From Tubiluchus corallicola (Eukaryota > Animalia > Priapulida): a stretch of DNA of 64,000 nucleotides. The notes below the pieces were generated by a model. It did not search any database, was not told where the DNA came from, and saw only the letters and a program-made list of their open reading frames with translations. Positions 14,099-25,774 of this stretch are shown one piece after another. Position numbers and translations under genes: made by a program. The stretch lies in assembly GCA_030141605.1 (NCBI GenBank), contig JAQGDQ010000098.1, forward strand, positions 62,001 to 126,000. The letters are read 5' to 3'. Positions within the stretch are counted from its first letter, which is position 1, and every line of letters begins with the position of its first letter.

Positions 14099-14134
14099 AT
14101 TTTAATAAATAGCATTGAGCAAACGACAAGCAAC

Positions 14135-14212
14135 AAGTTGCATATCAAAATATCCATAAGAGCCTGGAATACCATCCTTTACACTCTTTACTTCATCAAC
14201 GATAAGCAACTC
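14135..14212 (-). promoter_or_regulatory. SECIS element (type II) in SELENOS 3'UTR
   Basis: Minus strand reads GAGUUGC-U-UAUCG-UUG-AUGAA-GUAAAGAGUGU-AAA-GGAUGGUAUUCC-AGGCUCUUAU-GGAU-AUUU-UGAUA-U-GCAACUU. It has helix I, the AUGA/GA quartet, helix II, an unpaired AAA 12 nt after AUGA, and an apical mini-stem. Confidence 0.9.
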
Positions 14213-14800
14213 AATAATTTAAAAACAGCTTTTTACAATTGCATTTTGAAATCATAATTTTGCAATTTACAAGTTGAACTAATTTCAAATAAAAGGGACC
14301 AAAGCAGTTAGTATTGCAGAAGAAAATGCAACACAATGTACATAATTTTATAGTATTATGTAAATACATCCCCTGAGAATTATGTTTACTATAAATTTAC
14401 TTGAAAGTGGCACAAGGTAGATGCAGATAACTGCTAGCGAAATTTAGCCCCAAAGTCCCAATTTTAACTTCTTTAAGGTGATACATCACACTTGGAAAGA
14501 TCAAATTCTATTTATAATATATCCATCTTTGTTCACCTGCCAAGCAACGTGCAAGCAGTGTGCAACAAAGCTCGTACAGTATTACCAACACAATCAAAAT
14601 ACTTTTACTAAGCAATATACTTATAAAATTCTTTATAAAATCAACCATAATAGAAAAAAACATTAATTATAAGACAGGATTTTCTAGACAAGACACACTT
14701 GAGAAAGGTAATCCCAACCGGAACCAACTTATGTACTAAGAGGGAACACACAAGATGACCATCCCCCCTTAGTGTAAGAGACTCTGGTAGAATCTCTGCA

Positions 14801-14886
14801 TTAACCTCATCCGCCACCACCTCCTCTACCTCTTCGGAAGTCCAGTCGACAGCTTGGCCCTGAACCTCCTCCAAGTGGTAGAGAAT
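14801..14886 (-). CDS. SELENOS: SELENOS terminal coding exon with Sec-UGA (14807-14809) and TAA stop (14801-14803)
   Basis: DSLPLGGGSGPSCRLDFRRGRGGGGG TGA GGT TAA. Confidence 0.93.
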
Positions 14887-17800
14887 CTGAATTAAAAAAC
14901 AAAGGAATTATAGATTTAAAAATTGCTTCTTTTGCATAAAGAAAGGTAAACAATAACACTACAACACGAAGCTTCCAAATAAATTTAGGCTGTATATAAT
15001 GCTAAAAATTTCGCGCAGAACGATAGAAATTCTAAAAAGCTGACTTGATCATTTCTAGATAAGAATCACATATGCCAAAAACAAAATTTGTTAATTATTA
15101 CATCTACGTCACCATAAGAATTCAGCAAAAATTGAAATAAATTAATTAATGATGTACTGTTGAAAATGCTGAGTCAAAGCTTTAACAACTTGAGCACTAA
15201 GCATTAATAATACACATTCGTAACTTCAAAGCCCAAGTCCCCCCCCCCTCCACATACCCAACACACCACAAATAATTAGTCAGCTGGCAAAGCAGCTTCT
15301 CATGCACACAATAACACTTTAAGTAGTTTAAATGGAGAAGTTTTGAAATGATGTGCAAAATACTGCACCTGCACGCCAAAAAATGCACTTGGCAAAAACT
15401 AGCTGTTCCAGGAACCAGCATAACACTTGAAAATAAATACCAGCCAAAAAACAATTTTGTAAGTGAGGGATTTTATGGTTAAAAAACATAAATCTTACAT
15501 ACCATCAGGCCTTAGTGTTTTTTTATTTTTTGGTTTCAGCTGAGATGAAGAACTTGCAGCCGATGATTCTTCCGACTAAAATTTATTAAAAAAAGGTCGA
15601 AAAGTTGTAGTGCACAGATTTACAAACCCGAAACTGCAAATGGCCTAGCAAATAATACACAAAAGCTATATCCCTTATGCAGTAAGTGCTCATCTATGAC
15701 ACTAATGCAGTGTTAAATCAAGCACTATGAAACAAAGTCATGCCTCCATGGGAAGTAATGTACATACATGAGAGTTCTGCTATCAGAGCAGGAGGCACGT
15801 TAACTTTACATGGCAAGCATGCAATTTTATTGCACATCTGCACCAAGAAGGCATCAAAACAGAACAGATGTATATGGGTGACTGGCTGGCTGCAAGACCA
15901 AAAAATGGCCACACACAAATGTAAAAGGAATTTAAGTTATTGCTTCTTTTTACAAGATTTAAGAAATAGTTCTACTATGTCAAGATCAAAAATCCAACAT
16001 TAAATAAAAATAAAGTTGGCAAAATGTCATTGTCTTCAAAAATAAATCGTACAAACTATAACAAAGCATTGATTTTAACAATGGAGTCTTACCCACTATT
16101 CAATAATTTCGACAAAAATTGCCATTAATGGACACAAGAATTTATAAAAAATGAAATTAAACAGTACATTTCCATCTCAAGTTTTAATTTCAAATTCAAA
16201 TGTTTACTCAGCAAAAAGTCATATATTTGTTTTCCTAGGCATGTTATGAAAAAAAGTGAGCATACCACTCTAATTTTTGATCTATAGCCAAGGCCCTGTT
16301 GGTGTTTTTCCCAATCTTCAATTTTTTCAAGTCGTTTTTTCTCCTGCAACTACAAATTAAACTCTGTTTTATTTACCACATGTGAATGCCTGAAAAATGT
16401 CGATATTAGCGCTGTATGGAACAGCCTTTCTCATACCTACTTTCCTAGACTAGTTCATGATCTTAATTTGCTATCACACCACAAACAAATTTCAGGTGAT
16501 GGTAGTAGCGAACATAAATGCACATCGCCAAAAAATTTTGCCTAAAAAGAATGCACATTCAGAAATTCAGCACCTGCCAATATTTCTCAGACAAATTGCT
16601 CCTTTCACGGTGGTATTAACACAAATCCCTTAATATTCTTCAAAACATTAATTCATAAATATTTTCCCAAATATTCATTAAACGCATGGGTTAACATTTC
16701 TCTGTCATACTATTTTAACCAAAATCCTTTAAATGTTTCTTATTCCTATCTGACAGAGACAAGGAATATGGCTGAAAGGTCACAGCATGTGTTTGGCTGC
16801 ACCAGGCCTGATTAATAAAAAAGATGAAGCAATAATCAGAAAAATGCCGGCAACCTGTACTTCATCAGAATATACATACATATCAGAACGAGGTTAGACA
16901 CCTATTCCAATTCTGCATCTCATCTTATTCTCACTAACGAGCTGGGCCCAGTCTCCTCTGCTACAGCCAATGTCAATAATAAGCCCTGTCATAAGTATTG
17001 GTTTCCAGCTTGCAATATATGTATGTGCAAAACATATACATAACCCATATATAAAAACAGCCACAACTTATCTAAGATCTCATGAGTATTAAATGGTTTT
17101 AAAAGACACTTATTGATATATTTCTGTATAATAATTTACTTCTTCCTCCTTCTCTTTCCATTTCTGTGCTGCAATGTCATGTTCTTCTTGCGCTTTATGT
17201 CTGGCTGCAGCCATGGCTATCTGCCTTTGCTGTGCTAACCCAGCATCTGAATGTATTAATAAAAATTGTTTGCTGATTAAACATACTAAAATAGTCAAAG
17301 TGTCACATGGACTGTCACTAAAGAAAAAAAACTAAATTCAAGGGAGTAAACTGTTCTTCAATAAACTATATAGCTGTTTCTTAAAAATTCTCATCTTATC
17401 TTTTTTTGTGATTAATTTTATGTGCAAACATCATAGGCTCATAGCCACAAACAATAATCATTCCTTGAATGAAAATTTTACGCAGTCCTCCAGAAAATCT
17501 CTTTTCATCAAATGCTAAAATAACAGGTGGACACAAAACAAGTTCTTCTTAAAAATTCCACAGAGCTGATAATTTTTATCCAATCTACATGTAAGTTTGA
17601 CAGGCTAAAGTAGAAACACCTCATCTTAGCACTTACTCATCAATTTTTGCTGCAGAATTCCAAAAAATAAACACTTTATGTTTAATATTGTCATCAAGCC
17701 CACAAAAATGATAAAACTAGATATTAGTATGATTGCATTGTCTTTATGGATATGTTATTTTATATTATTCATTTATTTTGTATTATTTTTTCGGATTTCT

Positions 17801-20800
17801 GAATTCTTTTCTTCTCTCGTGTGTCCCAGTGACATCAGTTTTCCTTAGCAATTTACCAATATCTGATCTTGACCATTTCTTATTGGGAAACTCCTTCATT
17901 AATCATTTTGCACCACATCCTTTATCAATCCCGTAGTGCTCAATAATTACTTTGTCCTCTACTGTAAACAGTATAGGATTTTATTTTTTAAAATTTTAAA
18001 ATTTCAAAAAAATGAGTAAATGAATAAAATGAATGAAATAAAATTAATGCGACCAATTAACATAATCATACTTTTGATAAAAACATCAAACACAAAGCAT
18101 TTACTTATAAAAATTCTAAAAAAAACGTGTTTTAAAAAGGCTTACTTTTTTGTGTTTGCCCTATATATATATATATATATATATATGTGATAAAAATTAA
18201 AAAAAAACGACTAACACAGTGTAAATGACAAATTACCAGTTACTGAAAGTGAATGCGAGTCAACATTGGACTAACTGCTTATCGGTCTATGTCACTTTGA
18301 ATCTACTAATTTAAATTGTGTTTCCATAGTATAAATTTGCTTAAAGGAAGATGGGATGATTTTTCATATACTACCCCATTTTCAAGTGCGATAAAAAGTA
18401 TACATTTTAACACATTTTAATATTGCAAAAGCGTTATTATTAAATAATTGATTAAAAACTTAATTAATGGCAGGCAAGCCTAACTATTGATGACATCACA
18501 AACTAACATAATTTTCAACAGCAAAAATATTCTACGAGCATGTTGCACATGTTTGCAAAAGCGAAAATTGAAGGGCAGTGCTACTGTAAGATATTCAGTG
18601 TGTCGTACTAAAACTAGGCATGTTTTAAGATAAAAATAAAATTTCAAATTTACCGCTGTGCTTGCGCAATAGCTGTCGAACGTGCGAGGTTCATCAGAAA
18701 CTAATACATCTGAACTGAGAGATACAGTACCTGTTTTTGTATAATGCATTTCCAAAATGCAGGCGCTAGCGCCCGTCTAACTAGTGAATGGCGAAATGTA
18801 TGTAGCAGCGAAAAACTAGCAGCACGAACGTAAAATGGTGTTTATGTTGTAATAATTCTTTCGCGTAAGTCATTTTTGAAAAAATAGTGTGTTCTCTTTC
18901 AATATTTTAAAGAGTAGATTTTTTTGACCTACAGTTTAAGATTGGGTCCGGTTTTGCTTTAATTTAAGTAAAAAAAGGTTAAACATTCACATTGCGCACT
19001 TGCAAAATAATGCCAACAAAACCACCAACCAATTTCACTCTACATCATGTTGTAGCATGGTTTCACATTTTCATGATCAAAATTAATAACATTAGACACA
19101 GCCTGCCATTAGGTACATTAAAATGAACTTTACATGTTAGTGAAATTACCATATTTTTTGGCATATTTTAGATCTTCTTTCTCTTTCGCTATTTTGTGTA
19201 ATTTTTCCTGAATGGATTTTCGAAAATACAGCAAGCATACAAAGCCTAGTAACACAAACCATCCATATTGTTGAATAAACCCTGAAACTAAAAGATTCTT
19301 AAGTTAAAAAATAATAGTGTTACCAACTTACCATTTGGTGCGAAAACAGAATGCACTCTACTGGTCTGGAGATTGCACAGTGCTTATAACTTTTAATTAG
19401 CAACTTGAGTGAAGAATAATCCAAAAGTAAGTTATAAATATAATCACTAATATCCCCAATTAAATGCATTGATTCAGAAAAATAAGTACAATTCTTATAA
19501 CTAATTTTCTACGAATAGGAAGTATCTGTTGGCTTCGTTATTAACAGTGAAACAATTTTGTGATAAAGTATCTCATAGATAAAAGTCCAAGGTAAAAACT
19601 GGATATATCGGGAGGCATAGAAAAAATGTGCTGAAATTTAGACTACAGTAATATTAGAAGAAAGTGCCTTGCGAAGTTCAAATTTCACAGTATGGTAATG
19701 GCTGTGAAACATTAACTTCTGGTTGTGAAAGTTACAAATTTATAACTTTAGTGGTTTTTAAAAATTTATGGCCAAAAGCTTTTGCATCCATTGTGAAAAA
19801 AATTAAATGACGGAACAATTCAGCTTATGATCAATTGTAAAACAGACAAGTTAATGTATAGAATACTAAAAAAAAATGAATCAGTTGACATCATGGTCTT
19901 CACCACAAAAGGTCGATAAAAATTTGTCGTGAAAAGGGACTCAATTCTCTGGACTATGCTACCTGGAATTTCATAAAGAGAATATACAAAGGCTGCACAC
20001 AGCCATTTGAAGAAGAGGAAATAAAGGCAAAAATTGCTAAGTCCTGAGATCAAACATTCGGTGAAGTAAGAAACTGTGTCAGCTGTTGAAAAAATGCCTT
20101 TATACAATTTGCATTTAAAATGATGTGCGCGTAGAACATTTTCAGTAACTTTTTAACAACAGTAACATAAATATTATTCCGCATTTATTTTTGCAACTTG
20201 CTGATTCAAAACTGCTTTGGAAAAATTCTTTGATCAAGTGAATGACCTGAATTCTTTGAAGGTCATACATAAGCATATGCAACATCAGGTAATTTTCAAG
20301 ATTTTTTTTTCTTACAGGCCCAGTATCGTGCAGCTGTTCCCGAAGTAAAGCAAAGATGCCTGAACACTAAGCAGAGCAGTAAGTTCACTTTAATATTACG
20401 TAAGCGTAAAATTACAGGACAGCCGACTATATTGAACAGGTTCCTTATATTACCAAGGGTGTCAGAACGACGTATAATAACAATGTAATATCATGTTACA
20501 ATTTCCCTTACAACTTTTACCTCGCAATGTTAAAGGGAACTAAGGTTGAACTTGGTTGCGATCCCTTCTCAAAGATACCTTAAAACAACTGATTGATGGT
20601 GCATCTATGGTTGCAGTTGGCAATTTGTTCCATGAGTTAACAACACAAGAGGTCAAAGAAATGGGAACAGATATTAATTCGAGAATAAAGAACAAACAGT
20701 TTTGAGTAATGTCCACAAAGAGGCTTAGAAAGTTGAGAAAGGAAATAATCTTCCAGTAGAACTATTAGGCCAGTGACAATTTTATAACAGTTTATGAGGT

Positions 20801-21693
20801 TAGCAGTTCAAGGGGTGACTGTGTTCAAGAGGGGTTATAGTTGACACTATGTCATTTGTGAGATAGCACTCTTGAGCGTCGTATGCTGAGGTCAACATAT
20901 AACACATCCAAATTCAAGAATAGGATGAACAACAGCTTTACAAAGTGGGATGATCACAGATGCCTTTCGTGAGACAACACATCGCTTAATCATGCCAGCA
21001 TATTCCATCTTAAACAGGAGGTACTGAGTCCAGGGTCAGAATTTCACTATATTTTGAAAGAATCCGATTCCCACCATGACATTTTACAAGAATCCAGAAA
21101 ACCGAAGTCTAAATGACATAATTCAAGTACAATGAATTACAATAATTAAAACAGCGAAGACTGAATTTCAGTAATGTGATTTATTCACTAAGAGTTAACC
21201 ACCATCAGTAGATTAATATCTTTTCAGAATCAGTCTCAATATTTCTTGAAAAAATATGAAAAAAACACTTTCACTAACTGCAGTGTTTGCATCGTAAAAA
21301 ATATAGTATCACTTCTGTGAAATGGGCTAATTCAGAAAGCTTCAACTATCCGGATACAACACTGCGACAGAATTTGGCCTCAAGTCTATTTTCAGGAGAG
21401 GGCATGTAGGTTTTAAAAAGTGCTTTAAGTACTGCATTTTATTGAATTTCACTAACTTGGCTTCCAATGCCATGCCTTAAAGGTGAAAAACTTTTAATGC
21501 AAAAAGTTGAGATCCACAACCACACCCCTCACAGCTCTAGCCACATTGTTAAAATTCTAAATATGATTTTGAATATAAAAAAATAACTTCAGTAAGACTA
21601 ACCAAACGGCCAATAATCTGAAGCTGTCACTCTGTCTGTGCTAGTATCAGAATTACCATCGTCCGCATCTCTACCAATGTCACCAATATCCAT
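14801..21693 (-). CDS. SELENOS: Selenoprotein S (VIMP), 190 aa, Sec at codon 189: complement(join(14801..14886,15503..15575,16266..16349,17140..17246,19150..19281,21603..21693))
   Basis: Spliced protein MDIGD...YGWFVLLGFVCLLYF (single TM) ...QRQIAMAAARHKAQEE...EKKRLEKIEDWE (coiled coil, p97-binding region) ...PLGGGSGPSCRLDFRRGRGGGGG-U-G-stop. This matches the SelS architecture. A SECIS is present in the 3'UTR. Confidence 0.93.
15503..15575 (-). CDS. SELENOS: SELENOS coding exon 5
   Basis: SEESSAASSSSQLKPKNKKTLRPD; ttttag acceptor and GTATGT donor; phases fit. Confidence 0.88.
16266..16349 (-). CDS. SELENOS: SELENOS coding exon 4
   Basis: LQEKKRLEKIEDWEKHQQGLGYRSKIRV, similar to SelS EEEKRRQKIEMWD..QEGKSYK. 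Confidence 0.92.
17140..17246 (-). CDS. SELENOS: SELENOS coding exon 3
   Basis: DAGLAQQRQIAMAAARHKAQEEHDIAAQKWKEKEEE, similar to SelS RQEALAAARLKMQEE. Confidence 0.92.
18341..18962 (+). mobile_element. TTAA-flanked T2/Kolobok-like MITE, family A
   Basis: TTAAAGGAAG...TTTTGCTTTAA ends; internal similarity to two other copies in the window. Confidence 0.7.
19150..19281 (-). CDS. SELENOS: SELENOS coding exon 2 (transmembrane segment)
   Basis: GFIQQYGWFVLLGFVCLLYFRKSIQEKLHKIAKEKEDLKYAKKY; YGW motif typical of SelS. Confidence 0.9.
20560..21005 (-). mobile_element. Degenerate CR1-clade LINE ORF2 C-terminal remnant
   Basis: Minus-strand fragments GMIKRCVVSRKASVIIPLCKAVVHPILEFG..., NLINCYKIVTG...LCGHYSKLF... 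and VVNSWNKLPTATIDAPSISCFK resemble the CR1 motifs LYK.LVRP.LEY, TRGH..KL and RVV..WN.LP; stops and frameshifts present. Confidence 0.75.
21603..21693 (-). CDS. SELENOS: SELENOS coding exon 1
   Basis: aaaATGG start; MDIGDIGRDADDGNSDTSTDRVTASDYWPF; donor GTTAGT, phase 1 matching the next exon. Confidence 0.72.
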
Positions 21694-22114
21694 TTTCAAA
21701 GAATGACGAGTTATTTGTACTTGAGGCCTACAATAAGATGCGACCACTACGTTAAAATACAAACTTAACCGTTCTATGTAGTATATCAAATGTAAGCTTC
21801 AAGATGACTGCAATTAAAATGTTTACTTTAGCTTGAATAGAAAAAATATTAAATTTAATTAATCATCATATACCAATTAGTTTTTTACGTCTATTGTATA
21901 CATTGAAAAGGCAGAACATTGAAATAAAAGAAACCTGCCCTCAAGACAGGTAAATACAGACTATCGTAGAATATCAAACCAATTTGAGACGGATTAGCAA
22001 CACAGCAATCATCATATGTTGACGAAAAATTCAGTAACAGTCGATTAAGCGATCTGGGCACTCTTCACTATGACAGTAACCAGACCACTGAGCCAAAAAG
22101 AAATAAGCAATGAG

Positions 22115-22190
22115 AAATAAGCGCGGAGGAGCCCGAGACAAGAGTCTGGAGACGCGTATGGCGAGATGGCGATTCTTTACGACCGTAAAA
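22115..22190. promoter_or_regulatory. Candidate SELENOS promoter region
   Basis: CpG-rich patch about 450 bp upstream of the ATG with two YY1-like ATGGCG motifs. Confidence 0.35.
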
Positions 22191-22438
22191 TGTAACAACC
22201 TATATCAAAAACGTAGTTGCGTATATTTTTTATATAAAATTATACTTCTTATGGGTAAAACTATTAAAAATTTAATCACATATCGCTTTACTACAATTCT
22301 GAGTACTTTTAAGACAACATTGTGCCTCGAAATCAAGGCTTTTATTAGTTTTATCCACTTAACAAGCTAACACTGAGCTATAAATAATTACTTGTCTGTT
22401 CCATCATTTCACGCCCGTAGTTATTTTACTATAAATAT

Positions 22439-22472
<34 letters not shown>

Positions 22473-23940
22473 TGAAAAGAATATATATATATATATTCAT
22501 CAAACTCTCTTCAAGTAGGACTAATGTGAAACTTTGGTTGGCTTTCTGCTATTTGTGAGCATAATTTTAAACTTGTCGATCAGTTTTCATTCACTGATTA
22601 GTCCCGAAATATATATCTTTTTTGTTTTTAATTAAGCTATGGCTAGCTGACGTATTATTTTTCCATGTTTCATTTTACAAGTTATGTCTCGCATAGTTAT
22701 AATATTCATTTTTTTCGCCTGGCAAGTTCATTACAGAAAAATGAAAAAAATTCAACTTGTATTTCTCTTTTATCATACTATTTCCATTTTAATTAAGTAT
22801 TCCTGTTTGGCGTAATATTTTTTCCTTCTTTTTTGTATTGTGAGGCATATTCATTACTACAACATTGGAGACAATTTAATTTTAATTCCCTTTTCACTTC
22901 TGTTTCTGTTCATTCTAATTTCTAAATTCTATTTATTCTATTCCATTGCATTTAACTTTATGCTTAATATGTATATGCTATATTATTAATAATTGTCATT
23001 TTGTATGCCACACCATGCACAACTGTTACAATTTATGTACTTTAGAGAACTGCAGCTTCCTTGAAACTGTGCAATATGGTCATGTAGTCATGAAACTACC
23101 CTTTACACTTAAGAAACAATTATAGCCATCGTTAAACATTATACTTTCTCATTTACGTGTGAAATTAATTATTCCTATATCCTATAGCTTAAAGCAAATT
23201 AATCTATCAACTTGTTAAGCCATGTGGAAAACTTGTGGGGGTTAGGCGAATATTTTTTTATTTTTATGTTTATTTAAAGTTTATTTTGGCATATAGAAAA
23301 TATTAGAAGAAAGTTCAAATCAAACCTGTGACATGAGGCAAACCTCACAATTTTCAGGAAAAGCGTTTGATTTCTTTTACTTTTGTGTCTGTAATAGCAT
23401 TCAGCTTTGGCAATATTTCCTTGAGTTGAATGTAGTTCCTACATGCAATATAGCTTTTGAAGCTCTAGCTGTGTTCCTATAGTTAAATAATATAACAGGA
23501 TATTGTCACGATATTGCCACTGATGATTTCATCACACTGATGTCAACACGCAACTTTCTTGCCTGAACATAAACTCAGATATCATGTCGAAACTGAAGCA
23601 GTAGTTTCAGGTAATCATGAGGTAATTCCATGGGTATTTTTGTCAAACTACCTTTATTAAACCCAATGTCCTACTCATTGTTGTTTGATATGGCCAACCA
23701 CCTAAACATTCATTCCGTTTGACAGTTAATTATATTCAATCAGTTAGTAAGCAAGCTAACCAGTCAGCCAGTCACTTAATCAATCAGTCGGCCAGTGGGT
23801 CAGTGCTTGAATTAGTGACTGTCAGTCAGCCATGTAATCAATAAATTAATCAATCAGGCAATCAATATGTTAGTCAGTAAGGCAGTAAAATATTCGGTCA
23901 GTTTGGTCAGTAAGTCAATTAATCACCAACCAATAAGCAA

Positions 23941-24045
23941 ACCAACCAACCAGCCAACCAACCAACCAACCAACCAACCAACCAACCAACCAACCAACCA
24001 CCAACCAACCAACCAACCAACCAACCAACCAACCAACCAACCAAC
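23941..24045. repeat. (CCAA)n tetranucleotide microsatellite
   Basis: Direct inspection; degenerate TCAG/TCAA repeats extend to about 23735. Confidence 0.95.
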
Positions 24046-24177
24046 GAACAAACGAATCGGTTAAGGTACCCACCAGTCAATTAATTAGCAAGCCAACAGA
24101 CCAACATAATATTAAAATATTATTATAGCTGAGGCTGCGACTTTGCACCCTGTCAGTCAGAATGGGACCATCCCACG

Positions 24178-24309
24178 CCGGAAGTTTTTGCTCGTGACGT
24201 CACTTGACCACTGCCATCTTGCTTTGGAAGGGTGTTGCCGCGAAGTACCAAACTTACAGAAAATTTTCAACTTTGTGCATTTGTTTGTACCAGTTTGCAA
24301 GTGGTAAGT
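24178..24309 (+). promoter_or_regulatory. Candidate talin promoter and non-coding first exon
   Basis: Locally CpG-richer sequence with ETS CCGGAAGT (24178-24185) and palindromic CRE GTGACGTCAC (24194-24203), followed by a strong donor GTG|GTAAGT at 24304. Confidence 0.45.
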
Positions 24310-25774
24310 TTTACTATTAAGAAATTTATATTGTCTTTGTGTGTATGTTTTTGCAAAATTTATATTGTTTTCCATTCCTAGGGAGGAAAGTCAGTGTAGC
24401 GCAACTACAGTTACGTACAGTAGTTTCAATGATGCATGTGCAATGTGTTATTGACTGTATCATGTGTTCATGATGTGTGTAGACTCATTGACTGGATTAG
24501 AAGCAGAAGTAATTATCGAATTTAAACTTAGAATTTTAATTAACACGGAAAACTGAGTTTGTAGAGCTAGAGGACAAGCCAGGATTTTTGATGTCAACGT
24601 ATTTTAACAATAATCAAGAAAAGAAGTTTATCAGTACATTAATGTCTTGATAATGAGTATTATTATTTTATTTAAATGTGCTCACTGACAGGTCTTTAAT
24701 GAGTATTACTAGGGAAAAGACTTTTTTGTACTTTTTCTGACTGACTTATACTGCATTTCCCCATTTTCCCCAAGTTACTCCTTGTGCTAAAGGGGGCTCC
24801 TACAATCTGCACATTTTGCTGAAGAAACAAGACAATTGCTAATATTATATTTTAATTATAAGTGATTAAAGTGCGGAATCACATTTTAGTTTATGCTTTT
24901 GAATGATAATATAACTACACACATTAACTGTCAGTAGACTTGTGTGAGTCTGATATGTGACTCTGTGGACACCTCCATAGATTGCTCACTATGCATGTAA
25001 AGACTTTTCGTACTAAAATCAAAATGCAAAATAAGCAAAACATGCTGAAAAGAAACGTGACATGGGATTTAAGAAATATACTGTACTGTGCTTGATTCTA
25101 TATCAAGTGACTGGCTCTTATGAAATAGCCTATATTTTAATATACTTACAATACAATTGTTAAAATAATTGTGGAAACATAGTCAGCTGTAAATGTGTTG
25201 TTCTCTTCCCGGCTTTGCCTCATGTCTTGCTAGGAGACCTTAGAGCATTCTTCCAGACCTAGAGAATTTGAGCACTCTTCCAGATCTATACCTACAGGAT
25301 TTTGTCTTTGCTTTAGGCTGCCCAAATTAGTCCCGCACTTTCTCAGATTGGTAGATGTGAAGTAGGTTGCTAGTCTAGATGCTATCTGTTTAAAAAAAAT
25401 CTACCAAGAAAACTGGCTACTTGTTAATAGAGTATGTAAGTTTAATAACTGCGTTATTTGGACGTTTTTGGGGTCAGATAACTTAAATCTAAATGGTATA
25501 AGAAATTTTATGTGGTTAATAAAAATGTTGACTAGTGTGAAAAGTTATACTGGATTTTTTCTGCATTTATTAAATAATTCTTAAGATATTAGCAGTGGAG
25601 ATATCATATCTACATAGCAAGTTACCAACGACATTTGGTTACAAGCTCTTGCCCTTAACATTTGTATACAATATCATATTGTCTTCATGTCTGCTTTTTA
25701 TTTTGTACAAAAGGGGGAAGATCAACAAATATGGAAAATATTTTTAAAAAGTGTACCTAGTTGCATTTAAGTGT

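Noticed and set aside
14450-14495. SECIS candidate GUGA-N11-AAA on the minus strand
   Set aside because: No complementary helix II or properly placed GA; GUGAUGUAUCAC pairs with itself instead
23867-24064. ORF with PTNQ repeats
   Set aside because: Translation of the (CCAA)n microsatellite
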